64,000 nt of DNA. Source: an uncultured Nanoarchaeota archaeon (GTDB lineage: Archaea > Nanobdellota > Nanobdellia > Pacearchaeales > GW2011-AR1). Made by a program: the position numbers and the translations under genes. Positions within the stretch are counted from its first letter, which is position 1, and each line of letters starts with the position of its first letter. Of the stretch, positions 46,850 to 56,439 are shown piece after piece. A model generated the notes under the pieces. The model made no database searches, had not been told where the DNA came from, and worked only from the letters and a program-made list of their open reading frames with translations. The stretch is taken from positions 43,411 through 107,410 of the forward strand of contig CAVUQF010000001.1 of the NCBI GenBank assembly GCA_963743615.1. Reading direction: 5' to 3'.

Positions 46850-47253
46850 TTTCCTAGTCCGTTCAAATATTCTTTTAATTGGGATTTGCTTTTAAAATAT
46901 CTATTCCTTATTTTTTTTCTAAGATCCAGAGATTGTTCCCGGGTTACAAGATTTTTACTTTTTAATATTGATACCTGCTTTCTAAGCTTTCTTGTGATTG
47001 AAATGTATTCCCTTTTGCTATCTTTTGCTATCTTCTTTATGTTTCCCGGAGTCTTTCTTTTCTTTATTTTTTGTTTTGACCTTCTCGCTTTTACTTCCCG
47101 GATAATTATTGCTCCATCTGCTTTCAAGTTTCTTATATCCTCTTTTGTAATTGCCTCTTTTATTTCTTCCAGCCTAGGCTCTACAAAGATTATTCTTCCC
47201 TTTCCTACATTTAGGACTTTAGCTGCAAGAGCCTTTTTTTTATCAAGTTTCAT
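46846..47253 (-). CDS. rpl19e: 50S ribosomal protein L19e
   Basis: LAAKVLNVGKGRI...AITKEDIRNL. Confidence 0.93.
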   Translation of the reverse strand: MKLDKKKALAAKVLNVGKGRIIFVEPRLEEIKEAITKEDIRNLKADGAIIIREVKARRSKQKIKKRKTPGNIKKIAKDSKREYISITRKLRKQVSILKSKNLVTREQSLDLRKKIRNRYFKSKSQLKEYLNGLGK

Positions 47254-47621
47254 TTTTTATTATTTTTAAGGAATTTAGTTAAATTTAGATTGTACACGGG
47301 GACATTGCTCTCTTTTGCCTTTTTTGCGATCTCCAATCTCTTCTTATTTCCAATCTTTCCTATAACTGCTATTTCTTCCTTCTTTACTTTTTGTAGGTCC
47401 TTAAGATTGTTTACCATGACCATTGTTTTATTCTCTACCTTCCCTCTCGAAGTTTTGTCTTTTTTATAGCCTATACTTACAACTGCAGGATAACCTCCTC
47501 TCTTCTCTCTCATTTTGTTATCTCTTCCAGTAGGCCTTCTCCAAACTTGCTTTTTCTTCCTTCTTAATCCTAATTTGGAATATCTACTCCACGTTCTTCT
47601 TAGAAATTTTTTCTTTGTCAT
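47250..47621 (-). CDS. rpl32e: 50S ribosomal protein L32e
   Basis: FLRR...WRRPTGRDNKMR...IGY. Confidence 0.95.
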   Translation of the reverse strand: MTKKKFLRRTWSRYSKLGLRRKKKQVWRRPTGRDNKMREKRGGYPAVVSIGYKKDKTSRGKVENKTMVMVNNLKDLQKVKKEEIAVIGKIGNKKRLEIAKKAKESNVPVYNLNLTKFLKNNKK

Positions 47622-48160
47622 ATTTCTTTTCCTGCTTTAGTTATCATGAAAATACCATCCTGAAATACCCTTTTATCCCTCTTTCTTATTTTTGTTGCAG
47701 TTTCTATATTTGCCGCAGTCTGGCCTGCTATTTCTCTGCTCCTTGAAGTAATTGTGACCATCTCTTTATCGACTTTAACTTCGGCTCCTTTTAGAATTTT
47801 AGATTTTCGGTTGGATTTTTCCCCAAGGAAATTTTTTATAATCAGCTCATTCCCTTTGACTTCTGCAGTAATAGGAAAGTGAGAATAACAAATTTTAAGT
47901 TTGTATTCAAATTTATTTGAAACTCCCTTAATAAGATTGTTTATGTGGGCTCTCGTTGTATTTATTACTTTTTTCTCTTTTTTTGTGGCCTTCTTACATC
48001 CAATAATCAAATGATTCTTCTCGATTTTTACTTCAAGATTCACTAGATTTAACTTTTTCTTCTCCTCTCCTTCTGGACCCTTTACTTCTATAATATTCTT
48101 GTCCATTTTTACTTCAATACCCTCAGGGATTTCAATTGTCTGGAAAATTTCTCTTTTCAT
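47618..48160 (-). CDS. rpl6: 50S ribosomal protein L6 (uL6)
   Basis: YSHFP, NFLGEK, GQTAANIE, RDKRVFQDGI. Confidence 0.97.
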   Translation of the reverse strand: MKREIFQTIEIPEGIEVKMDKNIIEVKGPEGEEKKKLNLVNLEVKIEKNHLIIGCKKATKKEKKVINTTRAHINNLIKGVSNKFEYKLKICYSHFPITAEVKGNELIIKNFLGEKSNRKSKILKGAEVKVDKEMVTITSRSREIAGQTAANIETATKIRKRDKRVFQDGIFMITKAGKEI

Positions 48161-48161
48161 T

Positions 48162-48542
48162 TTAGTAAAAATAAGCTATTAAAGAGCCTCCTACTTTCTT
48201 CTCTATTGCTTCTTCGTGCGTAACCAGCCCCTTATTTGTAGAAATGATCATCGTTCCTAAGTTTCTTGCAGGTAAATATCTTCTTCTATATTTTTCAATT
48301 TGGCTTTTATTTACGCTGAATCTTGGCTTGATTGCTTTACATTCTATAAAGTCTCCGAAGACGACTTCAACACTTCTTTCTTTTACATTTATCTTATATC
48401 TCTTTATGGCCTCTTTCTGTTTCATTATCTTTAGGATTTCAATTAGTAGATCTGAGAACCTGTTTATTACAACACTTTCTCTCTTCGCCTTCTTGGCGTT
48501 CTTAATCATATTTAATGCATCTGAAACGATATCTTGTGCCAT
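48162..48542 (-). CDS. rps8: 30S ribosomal protein S8 (uS8)
   Basis: AIKPRF, YLPA, ISTNKG, GGSLIAYFY. Confidence 0.97.
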   Translation of the reverse strand: MAQDIVSDALNMIKNAKKAKRESVVINRFSDLLIEILKIMKQKEAIKRYKINVKERSVEVVFGDFIECKAIKPRFSVNKSQIEKYRRRYLPARNLGTMIISTNKGLVTHEEAIEKKVGGSLIAYFY

Positions 48543-48543
48543 T

Positions 48544-48774
48544 TTATGAATATTTTCTGAAGCCTATTTCGACCGCAACCTCCCTGAAACATTGTCTACA
48601 TAAATTTAATCCATATGAACCTATATGCGCCCCAAATCTTCCACATCTTTCACATTTTTTAGAGGCTATCCCGGTCTTCCTTGCTTTGGGTTTATTATGT
48701 TTTATAAACTTCTCCATAACAGCCGGTTTGTTCTTGAGCTGTTTTAATACTTTTTTCCAATCACTTGCCGTCAT
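48544..48774 (-). CDS. rps14: 30S ribosomal protein S14 (uS14)
   Basis: CERCG...[19 protein letters not shown]. Confidence 0.97.
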   Translation of the reverse strand: MTASDWKKVLKQLKNKPAVMEKFIKHNKPKARKTGIASKKCERCGRFGAHIGSYGLNLCRQCFREVAVEIGFRKYS

Positions 48775-48777
48775 TTT

Positions 48778-49278
48778 TTATACAAATTTAACCTGAAAAT
48801 TGTCCTCCATAAATTTAATTATTTCTTCTTTGCTAATTCTCTGATTCAATGGGAGTCTGCTTTTCTTTATTCTTCTCAATTGAATCCTCTTTCCTGCTCT
48901 TTTGAATGTAATTGTAACATCAAATCCAGTGATTCCTATATCTCTTTGGAATTCAATCCCCGGGATTTCAATATATTCTTTTAATCCAAATGAAAAAGTA
49001 TTCTCACTAACTTGCTTTTTTCTTATTTTACCATCTATCGCAACAAATAACCTTTTCAATAGAGGCTCAAAATCACTTTTCTTTCTTATTGTTATAATTG
49101 CACCTACATTTAACTTAGGTCTTACACTCAAGGAAGGGATTCTCTTGTTTGTTTTCATCTTTGCAGCTTTTCTTCCTGTAAGTATCTCAAGCAATTTGGC
49201 ACTTTTCTCCAACTTGTCCTCAGTTCCACCTACACCTAGTACAACTTTCTCAATCTTTATCGATCTCATCTTATTCAT
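48778..49278 (-). CDS. rpl5: 50S ribosomal protein L5 (uL5)
   Basis: MRSIKIEKVV, FSFGLKEYIEIPG, IGITGFDV. Confidence 0.96.
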   Translation of the reverse strand: MNKMRSIKIEKVVLGVGGTEDKLEKSAKLLEILTGRKAAKMKTNKRIPSLSVRPKLNVGAIITIRKKSDFEPLLKRLFVAIDGKIRKKQVSENTFSFGLKEYIEIPGIEFQRDIGITGFDVTITFKRAGKRIQLRRIKKSRLPLNQRISKEEIIKFMEDNFQVKFV

Positions 49279-49934
49279 TTTAGCACCATTAATTGTTTAA
49301 TTAAAATATTAACTATTTCTCCATCCCTCTCCAGCTTAACATCATTTTCATGAATTTCCTGGATCACTCCTGTTTCTCCCATATGCTTTCCTGCAAAGAC
49401 TATTGCTTTTGCACCTTTTTGCAAAGGAATGCATTCTTCTATTTTCTTGTTCTTCAAATTTACCAAAAGAGAATCATTTACTTTACATTTAATGTCTGAG
49501 ATAAAGTTTCTCCCATCGCTTAGATTCAACTGTGTTTTCTTCCCTTTCAAGATTGTTTTATTTATTACTTTTGCAGTCTTATAATCTGATTCCTTGGAAT
49601 TTATTTCGTTCAAGGTGAATTTTTTATTCTTACTTATTCCAATTCTATAGTGCTTTTGAGATAGATTGCTTTCTTTGGTTGGAGATATTGTTACAACATC
49701 AAATAGTAAGGCGTTATCTCTATCATCAAAGACAATTCTATTATTCAATAAAACCTGTTTCGCATTCAATGCTTTCTTTGTTTCTCTCCTATCTTTAGCT
49801 AACTTGAGCATGTCCCTTATGATTATTAAAATTGGAACTCCTTTGTCTATACTATATCTAGGTCTAACTAAGTAAGTCGTTCCTTTCCTTTCTATTGGCC
49901 AATTCTTTGGACTTTGTTCCCTTTTTAAGTGCAT
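49275..49934 (-). CDS. rps4e: 30S ribosomal protein S4e
   Basis: HLKR..SPKNWPIERK, QLNLSDGRN, GKHMG. Confidence 0.96.
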   Translation of the reverse strand: MHLKREQSPKNWPIERKGTTYLVRPRYSIDKGVPILIIIRDMLKLAKDRRETKKALNAKQVLLNNRIVFDDRDNALLFDVVTISPTKESNLSQKHYRIGISKNKKFTLNEINSKESDYKTAKVINKTILKGKKTQLNLSDGRNFISDIKCKVNDSLLVNLKNKKIEECIPLQKGAKAIVFAGKHMGETGVIQEIHENDVKLERDGEIVNILIKQLMVLK

Positions 49935-49935
49935 T

Positions 49936-50319
49936 TTATTTTTTCTCCGTTAATCTTCTCAATCTTTTTTTATCTTCAAGATTTAATTCGATTAATTGTA
50001 AATTTGAAGGTTCTATTTTTACATTTACCTTAGATCCATCCTTCTTCTTGATCTGAATCCCATCGATTATTGCCTTTGAAACTTTTACCATAACTTGAGA
50101 TATTTTTCCTTCTTTCCCTTTGAATTTACCTCTCATTATTTTTACTTTATCTCCTTTTCTAATACCAAGACTTCTTTTCTTGTATTTTTTTCTTAAATCT
50201 TCAGATAAATTTGAGCTTATAGCTTTTTTCTTTAAGTGTAACGGAGCATTTGCTAAATATTTCCTCTGTTTTCTAGGCTTTTTACTTCCATTCCAATTTT
50301 TGTTAAATTTTTGTTTCAT
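49936..50319 (-). CDS. rpl24: 50S ribosomal protein L24 (uL24)
   Basis: SKKPRKQRK...APLH, RKGDKVKIMRG; start at 50319. Confidence 0.95.
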   Translation of the reverse strand: MKQKFNKNWNGSKKPRKQRKYLANAPLHLKKKAISSNLSEDLRKKYKKRSLGIRKGDKVKIMRGKFKGKEGKISQVMVKVSKAIIDGIQIKKKDGSKVNVKIEPSNLQLIELNLEDKKRLRRLTEKK

Positions 50320-50320
50320 T

Positions 50321-50722
50321 TTAATATACCCATGGCGCAATCTTGGCAACCTGAGGCCATCTTTCCATGACTTCTCTTGCGACTGGTCCTTTAATTTGTG
50401 TTCCTTTAGGATTACCTTTTTCATCCTTGAGTAAAGCAACGGCATTATCTTCAAATGCGATTCTCTCCCCGTTGAGTCTTCTATAGGACTTTTTCTGTCT
50501 GATTACAATAGCATCAAATACTTTTCCTCTCATATCAGGAACACCTTTTCTTACACTAACCTTTACCCAATCTGCAATTTTGGCCGCAGCCTGCCTGCCT
50601 TTTTTTGCCTTCCATCTTTTTACGGATACAACTCTAACAACTCTTGCTCCGCTATTATCCGCTGCAATTACAACTGCTCCAAGATTTAGCCCTCTTGTTC
50701 CTCTAGCTCCTATGGCTTTCAT
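50321..50722 (-). CDS. rpl14: 50S ribosomal protein L14 (uL14)
   Basis: ADNSGAR, FEDNA, PKGTQIKGPVARE. Confidence 0.97.
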   Translation of the reverse strand: MKAIGARGTRGLNLGAVVIAADNSGARVVRVVSVKRWKAKKGRQAAAKIADWVKVSVRKGVPDMRGKVFDAIVIRQKKSYRRLNGERIAFEDNAVALLKDEKGNPKGTQIKGPVAREVMERWPQVAKIAPWVY

Positions 50723-51075
50723 AAGCTCTCTCCTCCCCTAATTTTATCTGTAACTACAAAGTGTATAATCTTGCTCAATGGCCTACATTCCGTTATTTTC
50801 ACATAATCTCCGACATTTATGTCTTTTTCAATACATACTGGAAGTCTAGCATGAATTTTGGTCCTCAATTTTATGTATCTTTCATATTTTCTGATATATT
50901 CGGTTCTTTCAAATTCAATTGTAATCCTTTTGTGGAATTTCTTTATAACTTTCCCATTGAACGTTCTTCCTCTTACTTTTAATGTTCCATGAGTTGGGCA
51001 ATCTATGTCATCACAGACGGCGCTGACTATTTCTGGAGCTTTCTTTCTTTTCGTTTCCATATTTTTCGTTTCCAT
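50719..51075 (-). CDS. rps17: 30S ribosomal protein S17 (uS17)
   Basis: CDD.DCP.HG.L.VRGR, KYERY, ECRPLSK. Confidence 0.97.
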   Translation of the reverse strand: METKNMETKRKKAPEIVSAVCDDIDCPTHGTLKVRGRTFNGKVIKKFHKRITIEFERTEYIRKYERYIKLRTKIHARLPVCIEKDINVGDYVKITECRPLSKIIHFVVTDKIRGGESL

Positions 51076-51092
51076 TTTATTTTTTCGTTTGT

Positions 51093-51380
51093 TTATTCAA
51101 TGTTAAAACCCATCTCTTCCAAGATCGGTTTTATCTTCTTCATGTGATCCCCTTGAAGTTCTATTGTGCTGCCTTCAAAGGTTCCTCCGCAGGCGAGCTC
51201 GTTTTTTAGATCTTTTGCAATCTTCTTAACGTCGACTCCCTTGTCAAAGCCGGAGATCAATGTGACGACCTTTCCATATCTCTTCTTGTCTGTCTTCACT
51301 TGTATTCTCTGGCTTTCCTTGCCAATGTGTTCACAAACGCATGCCTCTAAGGGCAACCCGCATTTTGGACATATATTCAT
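51093..51380 (-). CDS. sui1: Translation initiation factor aIF-1 (SUI1/YciH)
   Basis: CPKCGLP...RYGKVVT...LACGGT...IELQGDH. Confidence 0.95.
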   Translation of the reverse strand: MNICPKCGLPLEACVCEHIGKESQRIQVKTDKKRYGKVVTLISGFDKGVDVKKIAKDLKNELACGGTFEGSTIELQGDHMKKIKPILEEMGFNIE

Positions 51381-51381
51381 T

Positions 51382-51549
51382 TTATTTGTTGAGTGTGAGT
51401 ATCTGAGCTATAGTCTTTTTAATGTTTTTTATCTTTGACGTTCCTTGCTTTGAAACATTAATCTTGGATTTTATTAGCTCAAGTTTTAATTCTTTGATTC
51501 TTCTTTCCTTTTCTTCCTTGCTTAAATTAATATTTTCTTTTATCTTCAT
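51382..51549 (-). CDS. rpl29: 50S ribosomal protein L29 (uL29)
   Basis: Manual translation MKIKENINLSKEEKERRIKELKLELIK...IKNIKKTIAQILTLNK*; canonical position after S3; below the ORF-track cutoff. Confidence 0.9.
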   Translation of the reverse strand: MKIKENINLSKEEKERRIKELKLELIKSKINVSKQGTSKIKNIKKTIAQILTLNK

Positions 51550-52220
51550 TTTTTGCCCTTCTTTGATTTAGTTATTTTTGGAGCATCTTGAATTTGCATT
51601 AAATTTGATTTTAATTTGGTAATCAATTCATCATTGATAATTATCTTATCTTTCAGCTCGGCATCCGGTGAGAGAATTGCAACTTTTACTCCAACCGTTC
51701 CCGGTTTTGTTTCTGCTCTAGCTTGGGCTCTGTCAACAACCTTTGCGCTCTCTCCGATTTTCTTCAAATATCCCTGTGCAAATCTCCAGGATTTTGCTCT
51801 TGCTCCCGGGAGTTTTCCACTTAATCTTATTTCTGCTCCAAGGGCTTTTGCGTCAATTATTTTTTGTAATGTTCTATATGCAATTACTTTAAATCTTAAG
51901 GGACCGAACTTTTCTATACCTAACGCAATTTCGTCAGCGGTAATTTGAGCATCAAATTCAGGATTTCTGATTTCATCTATTTCTACATGGGGATTTTCTA
52001 GCTTGAATTTCGTTTTTAATGTTCTTGTCAATTCTTCTATTCTCTCTCCACTTCTTCCAATTATTAATCCCGCCTTATGAGTAGAGATAATAACTTTTTC
52101 TCCTACGGGGGTATACTCTATTTTTACCCTGCTGATTTTTCCTCTTCCCAATGAAGTCTTTATGAACTCTTTCATTGCGAATTCCTCTTTCTTGAATTTT
52201 ACTACGTTTTTTTCTTCCAT
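51546..52220 (-). CDS. rps3: 30S ribosomal protein S3 (uS3)
   Basis: KH domain GLIIGRSG, GAEIRLSGKL, GTVGVKV. Confidence 0.97.
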   Translation of the reverse strand: MEEKNVVKFKKEEFAMKEFIKTSLGRGKISRVKIEYTPVGEKVIISTHKAGLIIGRSGERIEELTRTLKTKFKLENPHVEIDEIRNPEFDAQITADEIALGIEKFGPLRFKVIAYRTLQKIIDAKALGAEIRLSGKLPGARAKSWRFAQGYLKKIGESAKVVDRAQARAETKPGTVGVKVAILSPDAELKDKIIINDELITKLKSNLMQIQDAPKITKSKKGKK

Positions 52221-52221
52221 T

Positions 52222-52743
52222 TTATTTTTTCTTCTCCTTTACTTCTTTACTTTTTGCGATTATTTTTATGTGTGTTCTTTTTCTTCTTATTCTTCCGAAC
52301 TGACCAAAGGGTCTCTCGCCGATGTTAGCAATTGCCTCGACAATTACTGGATTTTCCAATCCATTTACATTTGAGTTTGCGGATAATGTTTTTAGCAGAT
52401 CGATAAAATGTTCTGAAGCATTTTTTGGGAATCTTCCTGCCATTATCTTTCCCTTTCTATGTGGAATTTCTCCTTTCATAGGCACGGCTTTCTTTTTCAG
52501 AATAACTTCTCCAAGGTCATCCATTGCCTGATCGATTTCTTTGTTCATTATGAATCTACAGATAGCTGCGCTCGTTTTTGTTGATAAATGGGAGTTGTAT
52601 GAATTGACAAAAGCTTCCATCTTTGGCTTCTTTGTTTCTTTTTTCTTCTCCTTATTTTCAATTTTTTCTTCTTTATCCTTTTTTGGAGCTTCAACTGGCC
52701 CTTTCTTGTCTTTCTCTTCTGTATTAATTATCCTTTCTTCCAT
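52222..52743 (-). CDS. rpl22: 50S ribosomal protein L22 (uL22)
   Basis: KKAVP, PHRKG..AGRFP, THIKI. Confidence 0.95.
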   Translation of the reverse strand: MEERIINTEEKDKKGPVEAPKKDKEEKIENKEKKKETKKPKMEAFVNSYNSHLSTKTSAAICRFIMNKEIDQAMDDLGEVILKKKAVPMKGEIPHRKGKIMAGRFPKNASEHFIDLLKTLSANSNVNGLENPVIVEAIANIGERPFGQFGRIRRKRTHIKIIAKSKEVKEKKK

Positions 52744-52745
52744 TT

Positions 52746-53144
52746 TTATTTCTTAGACTTAAATTTACTTCCTTTAGTTGCACCAACACCAGCACTTCCA
52801 TGCTTGATCCTCTGTCTGGTCATCGCAAATTCTCCAAATCTATGCCCTAGCATATTCCCCGTTACATCTATAGGAGAGAATCCTTTTCCATCATGAACAT
52901 GTATTTTCATTCCAATCATTTTTGGGACGATAATCAGATCTCTGCTATGAGTCTTTATAGCTTTATTTTTGGAAATTTTTTTATTTGCTCTGACTATAAA
53001 TTTCTCTATCTCATTGAATTGTCTGAGTACAGCCCGTCTTTCTCTAGATTTAAGATATTTGGCAAACTCTCTTACATCTAGCGAATTCAATTCATCGAGA
53101 GTCTTACCTCGATATGTAAAATCCTTTTTCTTTATTATTTCCAT
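52746..53144 (-). CDS. rps19: 30S ribosomal protein S19 (uS19)
   Basis: FTYRG, KTHSRD..IVP, MLGHRFGEF, HGSAGVGAT. Confidence 0.97.
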   Translation of the reverse strand: MEIIKKKDFTYRGKTLDELNSLDVREFAKYLKSRERRAVLRQFNEIEKFIVRANKKISKNKAIKTHSRDLIIVPKMIGMKIHVHDGKGFSPIDVTGNMLGHRFGEFAMTRQRIKHGSAGVGATKGSKFKSKK

Positions 53145-53145
53145 T

Positions 53146-53850
53146 TTATCTCTTATGTCCTGTTCTCCTTGGCCTTAATAGACCTACCTTTCTTCCTGGA
53201 GGAGCATTTCTCTTGGCAATCTTACTCTTTGGATTTTTACCTCTTCCAGAACCAAAGTAGTGGTCTACTGCGTTTACTTTCAAGGCAGAAGTTCTTGGCC
53301 ATACTCTTCCACCCTTTGATCTTTTAATATAATGTTGTTTTCCTGCTTTTACTATTGGTTTGTCAAATCTTCCTGTGCCAGCAATAACCCCGAGAATAGC
53401 TTTGCAATCCATGTTGAATGCTTTTTCCTTCTTTGATGGCATTAAAATGTAGATGTTTTCTCCTACAATCTTGCTTACCACTCCAGAAGATCCTGCAGTT
53501 TTTATGAATCTTCCTCCATCCCCCGGACGGGATTCAATGTTATAGACATGTGTTTTTACCGGAACATCTCTAAGAGAGAGTATGTCTCCTTCTTTATTAC
53601 TAGTTGACTTTCCAAAATTAATCTTTTGTCCCTCAACCATCCCTTTAAATGCGGGGACATAAAAAGTTCCTCTATTATATTTTATCTTTGCCAATGGTGC
53701 ACTATGAGCGAGAGAGTTCATCAATTTTAAGACGATTCCTTCTCCTTCCATCTTGCTAGGATACTTCATCTTGTACTTGAACGACTGTCTTTTCACTCTA
53801 TATCTGAGGCTTCCGTGCCCTCTTGCCTGTTGGATAATTCTTTTTCCCAT
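53146..53850 (-). CDS. rpl2: 50S ribosomal protein L2 (uL2)
   Basis: MGKRIIQQARG, NIESRPGDGG, NAVDHYFG, PPGRKVG. Confidence 0.97.
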   Translation of the reverse strand: MGKRIIQQARGHGSLRYRVKRQSFKYKMKYPSKMEGEGIVLKLMNSLAHSAPLAKIKYNRGTFYVPAFKGMVEGQKINFGKSTSNKEGDILSLRDVPVKTHVYNIESRPGDGGRFIKTAGSSGVVSKIVGENIYILMPSKKEKAFNMDCKAILGVIAGTGRFDKPIVKAGKQHYIKRSKGGRVWPRTSALKVNAVDHYFGSGRGKNPKSKIAKRNAPPGRKVGLLRPRRTGHKR

Positions 53851-54227
53851 TATATCATTCCTAGTTTAGTTGCAACATCTATTGCAGGATTCTTTTTGTT
53901 TAGTTTAACATAAGCATACTTTTTGCTATTTCTATTCATTACCCTTATCTTTTCGACTTTTACTCCAAACAAATCTTCAACTTCTTTTTTTATTTGTTTT
54001 TTTGTAACATTTAATCCGAATTTGAATGTTAGAACATTTTGAGATTCAATTAGCATAACTGCTTTTTCAGTAACTACTGGTTTTATATCTAAAATATCTT
54101 CATATTTTGCCTCTTTATTCTGAACTTTCTTAGTTTTATCTGTCTTTTTTACAGCTTTAACTAATTCTTTTTTTGTTTCTTGTTTTTTCATCTTATCCTT
54201 AAGTTTAGTTTTTTCTTTATTTTCCAT
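53850..54227 (-). CDS. rpl23: 50S ribosomal protein L23 (uL23)
   Basis: PVVTEKA...NVLTF...VEKI...KYAYVKL...DVATKLG. Confidence 0.95.
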   Translation of the reverse strand: MENKEKTKLKDKMKKQETKKELVKAVKKTDKTKKVQNKEAKYEDILDIKPVVTEKAVMLIESQNVLTFKFGLNVTKKQIKKEVEDLFGVKVEKIRVMNRNSKKYAYVKLNKKNPAIDVATKLGMI

Positions 54228-55020
54228 TTATTCTTTCTCCCAATTCTTTAATTGCCTTTTCTGTGTAAAGTGTAAGCCTGCCTAATCCCCCATTACACAA
54301 ATCGGTGATATTCAGTTCCTTCACATTTCTTATTTCAAAACTGTTTGAATTCAATTTTTCAGAATTTCCTATTACAATTAATAATCCTGCGGATTTTTTG
54401 TACTTTCTTCCTCTTAATTTTCCCTTTCCGCTTCTTATTTTCTTTTTTTGTAACCCTGTTTCAAATAACGTTTCTCCAAGAATGCTTTTCAGGCTTAAAA
54501 TTAATTCTTTTGTTTTCTTGAAATTCAATTCAGAAACAATCAGAGGAAAATGATTTTCTATTTTCTTATCTTCAAGAGTTTTATACTTCTTTTTTACTTC
54601 TTCAATCTTTGCTGTGGAACTTAAGGCAGAGATGAATGCCATCTTCATTTCCTTTTTGTTTATTTTTGGAAGTTCTATCATTGACAATACTTTTGGAGGG
54701 TGTGCTCTCATACCGCCTCTTGCAAATGGAACTTCAGCAGCTTCCCAATTAAACTGCTCTCCTCTTCTAGAAAATATTTTTCTTGGAACTCTTGACATCC
54801 CTTTTCCATAGCCGCTTCTCCATACATGTCTTCTATGGACCATTTTTCCTTTTGCCGCATGCTGCTGTCCTGCAACAGGAGAAGGCTCATAAGGTTGTCT
54901 TTTCTTTTTTGCCTCCAATATCTTTGAAATTAAATCATCTCTTATTTTTGCAGAGAAAAAATTAGGCAAATCAATTTCTTTTATCTTCTTTCCATCACTA
55001 CCTACTATTTGTGCTTTCAT
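54217..55020 (-). CDS. rpl4: 50S ribosomal protein L4 (uL4)
   Basis: GMSRVPR, GGMRAHPPK, RSGKGKLRGRKY, GRLT. Confidence 0.97.
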   Translation of the reverse strand: MKAQIVGSDGKKIKEIDLPNFFSAKIRDDLISKILEAKKKRQPYEPSPVAGQQHAAKGKMVHRRHVWRSGYGKGMSRVPRKIFSRRGEQFNWEAAEVPFARGGMRAHPPKVLSMIELPKINKKEMKMAFISALSSTAKIEEVKKKYKTLEDKKIENHFPLIVSELNFKKTKELILSLKSILGETLFETGLQKKKIRSGKGKLRGRKYKKSAGLLIVIGNSEKLNSNSFEIRNVKELNITDLCNGGLGRLTLYTEKAIKELGERINGK

Positions 55021-55021
55021 T

Positions 55022-55969
55022 TTATCTTAATTCTAAAAGTTGGAAGTCCTTCTTAGCCTGTTTTTTAGTTTCTCTGAAAGAGGGAGTAATTAATAGTTGT
55101 CTTTTTGCTGGTCCTGAAACAGAGCCTCTTACTAAAATATAATCTGAGTGTATGTCTCCAAAATTTTTTATATTCTTTAAATTTGGATTTTTTTCTGAAT
55201 TTCCAATTTCAACTATCTTGTTGTTGTAAATAACTCTTGTAAACATTCCGAGCTGGCCGGCCATTGGCGTTCTATAAGTAACTCTTGCAGGGTGCCATGG
55301 ACCAAGGCTTCCTGGTCTTCTTTGTCCCTTTTCTGATTTATGAGATTTTAAAGTGATTCCAAATCTTTTTACAGGTCCCTGTAAACCTTTTCCTTTAGTT
55401 AACCCCCTCACATCAATTAATTTCCCTCTCTCAAAAACTTCTCCAACAGAGATTTCTTTGTGAAGATTTGATTTTATAAAATTCAATTTTTCATCTAAGC
55501 TTCCTACAAGTGAAACTTCGCTTAAATCTGGTGTTTTCTTAATTCCAGTAGTTTTTACAACAGAATAGATAATAACTCTTATATCATCATAATCCTTTAC
55601 ATTCTCAACAGATTCATGCTCTTTTTTTGGAAGCTTTAATTTCCTCCTAAGATCTTTATCAAGATTCTTCGAAAGAATTTCTTTCATTACTTTCCCATTT
55701 TTGTAGAATCTTACAGAAAATATCTTGTTTTTTGGGCATTCTAATATTGTCAGTGGAAGAACTATCTTTTTCCCTTTAGTCATAGAATCAGGAGTATTAT
55801 CAAGAGCAAAACCAGAAACCATCCCCGCTTTGTAAACAATAAATCCTTTCAAACCTTTAGTAGAATCATGTTTTATAGAACTCCAGTTAACACTAGGCAA
55901 AAACTTACTGGCCCTTTTTCTTGGCCAAACCTGCAAACTTCCGCTCCTTGGCGTTCTTGGTGGTGGCAT
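55022..55969 (-). CDS. rpl3: 50S ribosomal protein L3 (uL3)
   Basis: PRSGSL..PRKRA, YKAGM, TKGKGLQGPVKRFG, GSLGPWHP. Confidence 0.97.
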   Translation of the reverse strand: MPPPRTPRSGSLQVWPRKRASKFLPSVNWSSIKHDSTKGLKGFIVYKAGMVSGFALDNTPDSMTKGKKIVLPLTILECPKNKIFSVRFYKNGKVMKEILSKNLDKDLRRKLKLPKKEHESVENVKDYDDIRVIIYSVVKTTGIKKTPDLSEVSLVGSLDEKLNFIKSNLHKEISVGEVFERGKLIDVRGLTKGKGLQGPVKRFGITLKSHKSEKGQRRPGSLGPWHPARVTYRTPMAGQLGMFTRVIYNNKIVEIGNSEKNPNLKNIKNFGDIHSDYILVRGSVSGPAKRQLLITPSFRETKKQAKKDFQLLELR

Positions 55970-56439
55970 TTATCAATATATTAGCGAAGAACATTTTACT
56001 TTACCCTGGAATATATTCTATGAGAAATCATCCTTTTTAAAGTTTTTTCTACCTGGGGCTTTATGTATTAAAATTCTGTGTAAAAAGTAGGTCTTTATGA
56101 GTCAGTCCCATAAGTTCAATCTTGTCTCAAAAGTAGAGGAAGATGTCCCACAAGTTAAAGTCCTACCACTTTTGAGTTATCAGAAAATTATTTCAGAGGC
56201 ATTTTTCCTGTTGGAAGGAATACAAGAATAAGCGAATACTCTGAAGGACAATTGCATGTCAAGATAGGAAGGAATACGAGACATTCTTTCCCTGTTGATG
56301 GCACCTTGGGTTAAATTCTCAAATCAGTGGCTTTTTTGTTTGAGTCTGTTAATAAAATAGTTATACCTTTTCACTGGACTTCCATTCCGTTTTTTCTGCA
56401 GGTATCCTAAAGTCTTTTAAGTCTCTCTTAACTCTTAAC

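Noticed and set aside
56050..56420. Confident RNase P or SRP RNA call
   Set aside because: No P1 closing helix and no SRP helix-8 motif found by eye; kept only as a candidate finding
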